From: Nostoc sp. PCC 7120 = FACHB-418
GTDB lineage: Bacteria > Cyanobacteriota > Cyanobacteriia > Cyanobacteriales > Nostocaceae
Direction of reading: 5' to 3'
DNA: 32,000 bases
Assembly: GCF_000009705.1 (NCBI RefSeq)
Contig: NC_003276.1
Span: 210,001-242,000 of the forward strand
Part shown: piece by piece, positions 23,857 to 31,354 of the stretch
Numbering within the stretch: the stretch's first letter is position 1
Layout: each line of letters begins with the position of its first letter
Position numbers and translations under genes: made by a program
The notes under the pieces: generated by a model
What the model was told of the DNA's origin: nothing
The model's input: only the letters and a program-made list of their open reading frames with translations
The model's database searches: none

Positions 23857-24903
23857 CTACTCAGATAAAAACTTTTCTATGCCAAACAAATTCTTAATTG
23901 GTTTTATCTGCCCTTGAAAATTGTTCAGCCAGCTTAATACTCTACCATATATAGACGGATATTCATCTTGTTCAAGTCCTTGCCTAAATGTCATATTATT
24001 CACATCTAAATAGTCGTAAGATTTTTTCGCTAGTTTTGGCATATTTATGTTTGTGAATTTATGCCCTTTGGCTTTTACCCTTGTTTCCATTTCTTTTACT
24101 TCTTTTGATTTATCATAAAAAGTAAATTGTTCTGTCTCTCCATAAAACAAATTTTTTACTATTACATAATCAACATTATCACCGCAGAAACTATACAATT
24201 CCAATAATTGATTTATACAATCAATTATTGTACTTATCACTACTACTATAGTTACCTGCATTTTACATTTATCATTCACTACACCTAAAAAACCCATCTC
24301 TTTTATCAAATTCTCTAATGTAGGCAAAAATTGTGATGGGGTTTCTAACAGTATTAAAGATTGCTCTTTCAGTGCTTTTCCATCTCCTTTAGATTTGGGA
24401 TACACTATCTGTTTTAAATTGTCTAGAAAATCATCCAATTTATCTGAGTTAGATATATCTAAAGGATAGATATCAGCCTTTTCTCCATAAAATCTTATCA
24501 AGTGGGGATTAGAATTATCCGCATCTAATCCGACAAACCCTACTGCATTATCCATGTAAATTTGTGCCAAGCCTCTCGCAAATGTTGACTTGCCAACACC
24601 CCCTTTATCTCCTGTTATCATTACTAATCTTCTTAATTGTTCTGGATTAGTATTTTTATCGTCATTCCCCTTATTACCTGTAGATGCTGGATTTTTAGGC
24701 TTTACTGACTCTGTGATTTTTTCTGTGGGATCGTCAGATGCTGTAACATTTGTTTTTGTACCATTAGCTCTTTGCTCTACTGGCTTATTTGGTGTTATAT
24801 TTTCTGCTCCTGGAGCCTCTGGTGTTGTATTAATAGGAGTATTCTCTGTTGCAGGATTTCCAGTATTTTGCTTATTCTCTGGAAATGTGTGAATAGTTGT
24901 CAT
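23857..24903 (-). CDS. ParA/MinD-superfamily ATPase (TraL/MipZ-like) with a disordered N-terminal extension of about 95 aa
   Basis: Deviant Walker A GDKGGVGKST (nt 24583-24612) followed by GLDADNSNP. The N-terminus is T/N/P/K-rich low complexity. Confidence 0.8.
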   Translation of the reverse strand: MTTIHTFPENKQNTGNPATENTPINTTPEAPGAENITPNKPVEQRANGTKTNVTASDDPTEKITESVKPKNPASTGNKGNDDKNTNPEQLRRLVMITGDKGGVGKSTFARGLAQIYMDNAVGFVGLDADNSNPHLIRFYGEKADIYPLDISNSDKLDDFLDNLKQIVYPKSKGDGKALKEQSLILLETPSQFLPTLENLIKEMGFLGVVNDKCKMQVTIVVVISTIIDCINQLLELYSFCGDNVDYVIVKNLFYGETEQFTFYDKSKEVKEMETRVKAKGHKFTNINMPKLAKKSYDYLDVNNMTFRQGLEQDEYPSIYGRVLSWLNNFQGQIKPIKNLFGIEKFLSE

Positions 24904-24934
24904 TTGCTTTTTTCCTTTTTATTGACTAATTGTT

Positions 24935-25261
24935 TTACAGGTAATCTGCTTGAAATATCGGTCGGATTGTCGTTCTCACCCAATGCAAGAATTTATTGAT
25001 CAAGTCCGCTTCTACAATCCCTTTCAAGCTATTTATGGCTGTGAAATTTAACGTTTTTACTTTTACTACCTCTTGCTCCATAACTACATAACGTTCTTGA
25101 GAGTTGATATTTATCGGTACTACCTTTTCATTATTTAGTTTTGCTGCAACTACACTGAACACATCTTCAGCAAATATCTCTAGTCCTAACGGAGTCGAGA
25201 TTACTCGAACTGTTCTACCCAAAGGGTGGTCAAATTCCCAATATGTCCATACTTTTCCCAT
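24935..25261 (-). CDS. Small protein (108 aa), first gene of the ParA-like operon; weak Bro-N/KilA-N-like resemblance
   Basis: WEFDHPLGRTVRVISTPLGLEIFAEDVFSVV loosely resembles F.F.g..vRv....g..wF.a.DV. The call rests on position and size only. Confidence 0.45.
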   Translation of the reverse strand: MGKVWTYWEFDHPLGRTVRVISTPLGLEIFAEDVFSVVAAKLNNEKVVPININSQERYVVMEQEVVKVKTLNFTAINSLKGIVEADLINKFLHWVRTTIRPIFQADYL

Positions 25262-25328
25262 TTTTAGATTTTTTCTTTACACTCACCCTATCTATGCCAT
25301 ATTCGACTCCACAAAATAAAGCTATTCA

Positions 25329-25350
25329 AGTACTGTTTTTTTCAGTACTG
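25329..25350. promoter_or_regulatory. Palindromic operator candidate AGTACTG-T7-CAGTACT(G) centred between divergent promoter-like elements
   Basis: Contains the same 16-mer (25333-25348) as 3003-3018. It is flanked by TTGAAT on the minus strand (25322-25327) and TTGACT on the plus strand (25358-25363). Confidence 0.4.
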
Positions 25351-25357
25351 TAGTTTC

Positions 25358-25385
25358 TTGACTTTTAAAAAATACGTTATAGAAT
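25358..25385 (+). promoter_or_regulatory. Sigma70-like promoter candidate (TTGACT-16-TAGAAT)
   Basis: The -35 element is at 25358-25363 and the -10 element at 25380-25385. It would give a leader of about 260 nt before the lipoprotein gene. Confidence 0.3.
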
Positions 25386-25524
25386 TACAAGTTCTGCTTT
25401 TGGGTCTCAAACCTTTGACGTGCATAATACAATAGTGCAACGAAATAACTGGGTACTCTACGCCATTGCCGCTATGTGCTTTCAATAACTGATAGTTGTG
25501 TACTAAAAAGCTGTTAAAACATGA

Positions 25525-25552
25525 TTGCAAATTTAGAACAAATATGTATAAT
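25525..25552 (+). promoter_or_regulatory. Sigma70-like promoter candidate (TTGCAA-16-TATAAT) embedded in an inverted repeat
   Basis: The -35 element is at 25525-25530 and a perfect -10 at 25547-25552. TTGCAAAT (25525-25532) pairs with ATTTGCA (25553-25559). It lies about 95 nt upstream of the ATG at 25648. Confidence 0.35.
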
Positions 25553-25647
25553 ATTTGCAGCTCATAGTTAAGCAGTTTTAAGAAGTAGATATTTGCTTAA
25601 ACAAAGAAATTGCTAATTAATTTTCATAATCAATTGTTGGAGTATTT

Positions 25648-26310
25648 ATGAATAAAGTAGGTTTGTTCGCATCTCTTACTTTGATAGGTTTAGGATTAGG
25701 GGCTTGTCAGTCTGATGCGGATAAGGTTGCTCAAGTTGAAAATGAACTAAGACAAGCTTATGCTGCAACAACTAATGAGCAAAGCCCTAAAGATAAACAG
25801 GTACAGGAATATGTTGAGGGTACACCTGATTTGCACAGAGTCAGTTGGAAAGTCTGTGGTGATGGAAAACTTAGCGTCACAATGAATGAGGAGATCAATA
25901 AAGGCTGTAATGAAACTCGCAACGAACCAGCTAAGGGTTTTTTTCAACCTGCTTATGTCTGGGGGCCAGTTAAAGAAGTGAAATTTGTAAATAAGCCCGA
26001 TCTTTCACCAAGTCTTCAAATCACAGGATTGTTTGTCAAATCCAGAGGGTGTGTCAGCTTAGGTCAACCAGGAGCGGAAAATTTTTATAGAGTATCTGAG
26101 TTTACGTTAAAGAAAGCGAGTGCTAATCTACCAAAAGATGCAAAAACTGAGGTAATTCCGAAACAAGAAAAACAAGAAATACTAAGTGCGGTAATAGGGA
26201 ATGCTGAATCGGAGTTAACCTCTATCAGAAATTTTGGTGTATCATCCAATGGACTATTACCTACGGGGTCAACTTGTCCAACATTAGGCGAGTGGGAAAA
26301 AGGATTCTAG
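25648..26310 (+). CDS. Lipoprotein of unknown function
   Basis: Signal peptide with a lipobox: MNKVGLFASLTLIGLGLGA-C. GGAG lies 8 nt upstream of the ATG. Confidence 0.7.
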   Translation: MNKVGLFASLTLIGLGLGACQSDADKVAQVENELRQAYAATTNEQSPKDKQVQEYVEGTPDLHRVSWKVCGDGKLSVTMNEEINKGCNETRNEPAKGFFQPAYVWGPVKEVKFVNKPDLSPSLQITGLFVKSRGCVSLGQPGAENFYRVSEFTLKKASANLPKDAKTEVIPKQEKQEILSAVIGNAESELTSIRNFGVSSNGLLPTGSTCPTLGEWEKGF

Positions 26311-26330
26311 TTCCCTAAGCCTTAGATATA

Positions 26331-26954
26331 CTAGGGCTTACTTTTATAATCAAAACACCCATTTGCATAGTCAACTTCCGGCAATCTTCCCACCCTGTAT
26401 CCGATGATATGTCCGCGCTCAGTTTCAAACACTATGCGAAATTTCTTCTTTGCGGGTGTGTAAACTAAAGTATTATCTTTTGTGACAAGATTTTTAGCGT
26501 AGATTGCCTTGACCTCATCAATACTCTGTCCGACTTGAGCGCCATTGGCAGTATGCAAAGAATAGTTGCGGCTCACTTCAATAGTGGCGATGGCATCTTT
26601 GATGACCATGAACCAGACGCGCTCAAGTCCACTTCCAGTTTGTGGCTCAAGGTAATAACAGCCTTTGTTAATTAGACCACTACTGGTTATCGGTAATAGC
26701 TGAAGGCGAGATACTTCCTCCGCACGTTGGACAGTCATACCTATTTTGATTTCCCCGATACTGTCAAAATTAATTAATGATTTGCTAGTAACATTTTGCG
26801 TTGGGTGAATATATATAAAGTACAAAACAAAGATAATCCACGAAAAAAATACAGTAACAATTAATTTAGGGATATCTCTGATATAAGAAATGATGTATTG
26901 AAGTGGGTTGTTGAGAAATTCATCAAACTCATCAATCATCGACCACATATTCAT
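26331..26954 (-). CDS. Membrane-anchored protein, tandem paralog B
   Basis: N-terminal TM segment. Shares with 26963-27502: (F/S)G(K/E)IKIGMT, GC(F/Y)Y..P..G, RV.FMV.., GY/RYK.G..PEV.Y..GC. Confidence 0.6.
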   Translation of the reverse strand: MNMWSMIDEFDEFLNNPLQYIISYIRDIPKLIVTVFFSWIIFVLYFIYIHPTQNVTSKSLINFDSIGEIKIGMTVQRAEEVSRLQLLPITSSGLINKGCYYLEPQTGSGLERVWFMVIKDAIATIEVSRNYSLHTANGAQVGQSIDEVKAIYAKNLVTKDNTLVYTPAKKKFRIVFETERGHIIGYRVGRLPEVDYANGCFDYKSKP

Positions 26955-26962
26955 ACCTAGAT

Positions 26963-27502
26963 TTATGAATAATTAGCACAGCCAAAAGGATAATTAACTT
27001 CTGGTATTTTCCCGGCTTTATAGCGAGTAATATATTCATACTCACCACTTTCAAAAATCATGCGATAGTTTTTCGCTTTTGGGGGAGCGTAGATGAAGTA
27101 GCGTTGCTTGCTATTTTTATTCCCAATGAGTTGGAAGTTCTTGATTCCATAAGTAGCGAGATTGTATTGTGAATCTCCTACTTTGACCCCTTTAGCAGTT
27201 TTTACATTTGAGCCATTGATTTCAAAAGTCACAATTTTCCCGTCTACAACCATAAATTTGACACGTTGGAATTGAAAGCCAGATTTTGGTTGCACGTAGA
27301 AACACCCGTCTTGCTGATTGCGCTTACCGTTAAGTTGCATTATTCCTATGTGTGCAACTTTTTGAGCTTGAGCAAGTGTCATACCGATTTTAATCTTGCC
27401 GAAGCTGTTGTAATCTACAGTATCAGTCAAGATACCTGTTGGTACACTAAGGGCGAAAATCAAGATGACGATAAAAATATAACTGATAATCCACTTGAAC
27501 AT
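26963..27502 (-). CDS. Membrane-anchored protein, tandem paralog A
   Basis: See paralog B for the shared motifs. This copy is 179 aa with an N-terminal TM segment IISYIFIVILIFALSV. Confidence 0.6.
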   Translation of the reverse strand: MFKWIISYIFIVILIFALSVPTGILTDTVDYNSFGKIKIGMTLAQAQKVAHIGIMQLNGKRNQQDGCFYVQPKSGFQFQRVKFMVVDGKIVTFEINGSNVKTAKGVKVGDSQYNLATYGIKNFQLIGNKNSKQRYFIYAPPKAKNYRMIFESGEYEYITRYKAGKIPEVNYPFGCANYS

Positions 27503-27589
27503 CTCACAAGGTTTTGCTTTGTATCATTGTTGATTATCATTATTAAGCTGGTTGCTTAAATTTTGAATATTCCTCTAGACACACAGATG

Positions 27590-27624
27590 TGCGTTTCCTC
27601 TGGGGACTGAGAGAGGGAAACGCA
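27590..27624 (-). terminator. Hairpin downstream of the replication-protein gene
   Basis: TGCGTTTCCTC (27590-27600) pairs with GAGGGAAACGCA (27613-27624) with a 1-nt bulge. It lies between the rep stop (27692) and the next minus-strand gene. The U-tract is weak. Confidence 0.35.
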
Positions 27625-27691
27625 ATCGCCACAAAATAGGGATCTTCAAGTTGCGAACACAGTTATTGCCAGCCTCCAAATTTTTCGAGAA

Positions 27692-30600
27692 TTACGCTTG
27701 TCCAAACTCCATCGGCAAAACATCCTCACTTAACAGCGAGTAAAATTCCGACACAGACGTTTCGAGCGATCGCACCTCAGCCTCAGCGATCGCTTCCCAT
27801 TCCAGCACGACCAGCCAACGCAAGTCAGAACCCCAACGTTGGAGAATGCCTTTGATTGCTTCTAGTCCATGACAAATGCTAGAACGGAGCATTTCTACAC
27901 AGTGAAGTATGGTAGTTCGGTCGGAAAGAGAAGCAGGGGAGGAATGGTTAGTAAATTCTCCCCCAGCTTCACCTGCGGCATCTCTTCCCCTGCGGCATCT
28001 CTCCCCCGGCTCCCATTCCGTAGTTCCCCCCTCCTGATAAGGGGAGTTTCCTATACCATTTGTGGGGGGGGTGAATACCACAGCTTCACCGTAGTTAGTC
28101 TGGTACTGTGCTTGATTTTCGGCTCTTTTTGCTTGTCTATGGGCGATGACTTGTAATGCAAAGTCTAGTTCTTTCTTGGACAGTGAGAATAATTTCACCT
28201 GTTGACCCCGTGGCCCCTGCTTGCGATAAGTCAGCTTCAGTCCCAGTTGATCCAATAAAATCCCCAACAGCCAGATTGGTTGACAGTTGGGGGGAACAGT
28301 GAAACCTAAAATTGCTTTAATGTGAGCAGCGCAATCAACAGCGATCGCCGACATATTTAATAGATGTGTGTCGTCCGCCCGAACTTCATCACCGGCGACG
28401 AGTCGAGTCAGAATGTGGTGTAGTCCCAGGTTAAAACGTGCCAACCACCGAGCAGAATAATTGCCCCAATCCATACAGAATGGCAGTTTATCTCGTTCGG
28501 CTCTATCTTTATTAGTGACAAGATCAGGTGGTATAGGATACTGTTTACCGTTATCATCAATGGTTGACTCTGGTGGTGAAAGGATGGCTTCAAGTGCAGC
28601 GATCGCTCCTATCAATCGACCACCGTTATCTTGTTCAACCAACTCCGGTGTTACTTCCATCCCGTAAGAATCATGAATGCGGAATTTCTCACACTCATAG
28701 ATTTCTTCGGGTGAGAGGTAGTCTTTAGTTTGACGAGCGCGGTATTCACTTTTGGAAATGTTGTTGGCCTTGGCGACGGCATGATGATGAGCAGTATCGA
28801 GAGCGTCCGCCGCAGTTTTGAGTAATTCCCAAGTTGGGGCATCAAGCTCGTCACCCACTGGTACAATTTGATTGCCCATCTGCTTCAACAATTCGCGTAA
28901 GTCGGTGCGTAAGTTATTAATCGACTGATGACGAGCAGATTTGATTTTGCAGTAAGCCTCAAGCGCCCAGTCTTTTTCAGCCCCGCGCTTACCTGTTTCT
29001 CGGTCAATCCGCAGTAAGAAAGCCGTAATCTCGTTAGTTTGTAGCAGCCGTTCTTTAATCTTAGTCGGGTTAGTGTCGAGGTATCCAAATGGGGGTTTAG
29101 GGGCCACCCAAACGTGAAGCGGGACTTTTGGGCGATACCTCCAAAGCTGTTGAGCGCATTCGGTGGCTGTCTGTGAAACTCCGTGAAATACACCAAACAC
29201 TGCATCAAAGTGATACTGCGAGATGTCAACCCCAGTCCCCAGGCTGGGAGAAGTGAGGAGGATATCTATATTCTTGATGGCGTTGGTGATGTCTTTGATG
29301 AAGGCTACATTTTCCTCGCTGCCTGAATTATCAGAATGAATTGACCAAACTCGTAAATTGCTTCGGCTTTGAGGTGGTGGAGAATTAGATATTGGGTTAA
29401 TGTCAACCCCAGGACTCGCATCGGACTGTACCACAGTTTGTAAAGTCAATAGTGACTTTTCAAGTTTCTTAATAAATCGTTTAGAGTCAGAAACTACCAT
29501 CACTTTCTGCCCTGTCATTACTGCCGCAGATATTTTGGCCACCAGGGCTGAGGAATTATCGCCTTCGTACCAATAGATAGTGCGATCGCCGTTTTGCCAT
29601 TGGTTTTCCACAATATATGGTTGTTCACCAACAGGGCGCATGGCGCGAAAAAAGTCGATGGTAATATCATCTAAATGCGCGTCAGCAATGATGACTAAAG
29701 GGCAATTGTAGACAATATACTGTAGAACCTCTAAAATTTCTGCACGATGTTCTTTGCAAGTCTTACTTAGTAATAGGTGCGTGAGATACTGGCAAGCCTC
29801 ATCGATGAAGACGCATCCATAGGTTAGGGCTTCGGTATTTAATTTATAAAGGCTATCAATGGTAATGGACAGGGCAATGGCCTTAGCCATACCAACATGA
29901 CCCACTTCAGAATACATGAGAGTTTTCAAGCGCTGGGCTAAATTCTTGAGTAAATTGACCCGATGCCCATTGTTGAGAAATCGTTGCTCAGGGTAAATCT
30001 CGCGCCACCAAGCCATCAATTCAGTTTTGCCTGTTCCCATACCGCTTTTCAAACCAACTAATCCTGATTTTGGTAACAGTAATCTCCGGTTTTTACCCAC
30101 AGGAGCGTTAGTTTCGGTTTGGTTCTGTGTTGGGGATGGAGGTAATATTTTGGGTTTTGTATGGGGAGTTTGGGGGAAAAGTTCTAGTAATAGCTGCTGT
30201 AAACCATCCTCATCAGGAGTAATATTGTTTTGTTTAAGCTGGATAAGACTTTCAACTGGCGGCGGTTGTGCATTAGGTTCATCCTCAACTACAAGTGCTT
30301 GAGTTAAGTAGCGTTCATTCACAATCAAATCTGGTTTGTACTTCCTTAGCCCCCGATGCTTGACTAAAAATGATTGCTGGTAGTCATTGAGCGATAGTGC
30401 ATCCAGAGCGATCGCCGTTAGCAGTGCATTGGCATCTTCACCTCGCGCCACCACGAAATCATCCACACCTTTCTCTGGCCCTGGCAATTGAATTATCTCG
30501 CACACACATCCTGCCGCTTCAATCGCTTTGCCCGTGCGAACTGTTGCCTGATAAACTGACCAACGGGTTTTTAGCTTTGTCTCGTAGTCGAACAAAATTT

Positions 30601-31354
30601 GAAACTTCCGCCCCGGCTGCGCTAGTGGTAGCAAGTCTGGGTGCAGTCTCTCGTCAAAATCCCTACGTCCTACCCGTCCGTTCCAAATACCGGGGAGTGC
30701 GATCGCTACAAATCCTAAACTGAGCAAACAGGCTGCTTTCTTTTCACCTTCGCAAAGTATGACGGGAATTTGCGGATTAGCGATTACCCACTCCCAGAAT
30801 ATCAGTGCGTGGAGTTTATCTTGTAATCGCCGGGAGAGGGATGAGTGGTATTGCTTGATGTTGTACCTTCGTGCTACCAACCCCCAAATGTAATCCGGTA
30901 CATCAAAGTATGTTACTCGGTTGGCAACTTTCGGCGGCGATTCATATTTAACTGGCTTGCCTTTTTCCCAATCAATGCGGGGATTGGAGGGTTTGAATCG
31001 TCCCCACTCCATCGGGAGCCAGTTGCGCTGCGGGTCTAGCCCGGATATCCACATCCCCCCGGCTAGTAGGTGCAGATATGCTTTTAAGAATCCGTCTGTC
31101 ACTCGACCTGCGTTTTTACGCGGAATCTCAGGAGAGATGAACAGGTATTCGTAAATCGCCTCTCCCTCAATATGCTGGAAATTACGCTCAATCAACGATG
31201 GATGAATGGCGCTGCCCACCGCTAACTCATGATACTCGGCGGCGGTGAGATTGTTGGGGTATTCAATTTCTTTTGACAGCAATTGATCCCCAATACCCGA
31301 CTGTGGGTATTGGTTATTTTTCACGGTAGATTCCTCCGATAACTTGGTTTTCAA
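27692..31354 (-). CDS. Plasmid replication protein, DUF3854/Toprim primase-like domain + P-loop helicase (CyRepA-like)
   Basis: Toprim block at aa 40-315 (CEGEKKAA, FDYE, GVDDF). Walker A GMGTGKTE (nt 30020-30043), Walker B VFIDEAC, then IIADAHLDD. A likelier start is GTG at 31324, preceded by GGAGG (31333-31337) with 8-nt spacing. Confidence 0.82.
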   Translation of the reverse strand: MKTKLSEESTVKNNQYPQSGIGDQLLSKEIEYPNNLTAAEYHELAVGSAIHPSLIERNFQHIEGEAIYEYLFISPEIPRKNAGRVTDGFLKAYLHLLAGGMWISGLDPQRNWLPMEWGRFKPSNPRIDWEKGKPVKYESPPKVANRVTYFDVPDYIWGLVARRYNIKQYHSSLSRRLQDKLHALIFWEWVIANPQIPVILCEGEKKAACLLSLGFVAIALPGIWNGRVGRRDFDERLHPDLLPLAQPGRKFQILFDYETKLKTRWSVYQATVRTGKAIEAAGCVCEIIQLPGPEKGVDDFVVARGEDANALLTAIALDALSLNDYQQSFLVKHRGLRKYKPDLIVNERYLTQALVVEDEPNAQPPPVESLIQLKQNNITPDEDGLQQLLLELFPQTPHTKPKILPPSPTQNQTETNAPVGKNRRLLLPKSGLVGLKSGMGTGKTELMAWWREIYPEQRFLNNGHRVNLLKNLAQRLKTLMYSEVGHVGMAKAIALSITIDSLYKLNTEALTYGCVFIDEACQYLTHLLLSKTCKEHRAEILEVLQYIVYNCPLVIIADAHLDDITIDFFRAMRPVGEQPYIVENQWQNGDRTIYWYEGDNSSALVAKISAAVMTGQKVMVVSDSKRFIKKLEKSLLTLQTVVQSDASPGVDINPISNSPPPQSRSNLRVWSIHSDNSGSEENVAFIKDITNAIKNIDILLTSPSLGTGVDISQYHFDAVFGVFHGVSQTATECAQQLWRYRPKVPLHVWVAPKPPFGYLDTNPTKIKERLLQTNEITAFLLRIDRETGKRGAEKDWALEAYCKIKSARHQSINNLRTDLRELLKQMGNQIVPVGDELDAPTWELLKTAADALDTAHHHAVAKANNISKSEYRARQTKDYLSPEEIYECEKFRIHDSYGMEVTPELVEQDNGGRLIGAIAALEAILSPPESTIDDNGKQYPIPPDLVTNKDRAERDKLPFCMDWGNYSARWLARFNLGLHHILTRLVAGDEVRADDTHLLNMSAIAVDCAAHIKAILGFTVPPNCQPIWLLGILLDQLGLKLTYRKQGPRGQQVKLFSLSKKELDFALQVIAHRQAKRAENQAQYQTNYGEAVVFTPPTNGIGNSPYQEGGTTEWEPGERCRRGRDAAGEAGGEFTNHSSPASLSDRTTILHCVEMLRSSICHGLEAIKGILQRWGSDLRWLVVLEWEAIAEAEVRSLETSVSEFYSLLSEDVLPMEFGQA
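27926..28009 (-). mobile_element. Second copy of the small palindromic dispersed repeat, in-frame within the rep gene
   Basis: GAAGCAGGGGAGGAATGGTTAGTAAATTCTCCCCC (plus strand) matches the reverse complement of the 19329-19424 element (GAAGCAGGGGAGG..AGGAAATGTTAGTAAAATCCCCC). Encodes GRDAAGEAGGEFTNHSSPASLS. Confidence 0.6.

Noticed and set aside
24590-24999. Plus-strand ORFs (100 aa and 75 aa) opposite the ParA-like gene
   Set aside because: They are antisense to a CDS with a clear Walker A motif. Their sequences are low-complexity hydrophobic strings produced by the complement of the T/N/P/K-rich region.
25342-25530. 62-aa minus-strand ORF in the divergent control region
   Set aside because: It has no Shine-Dalgarno sequence, spans promoter-like elements and has no motif. 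I treat the region as regulatory or leader sequence instead.
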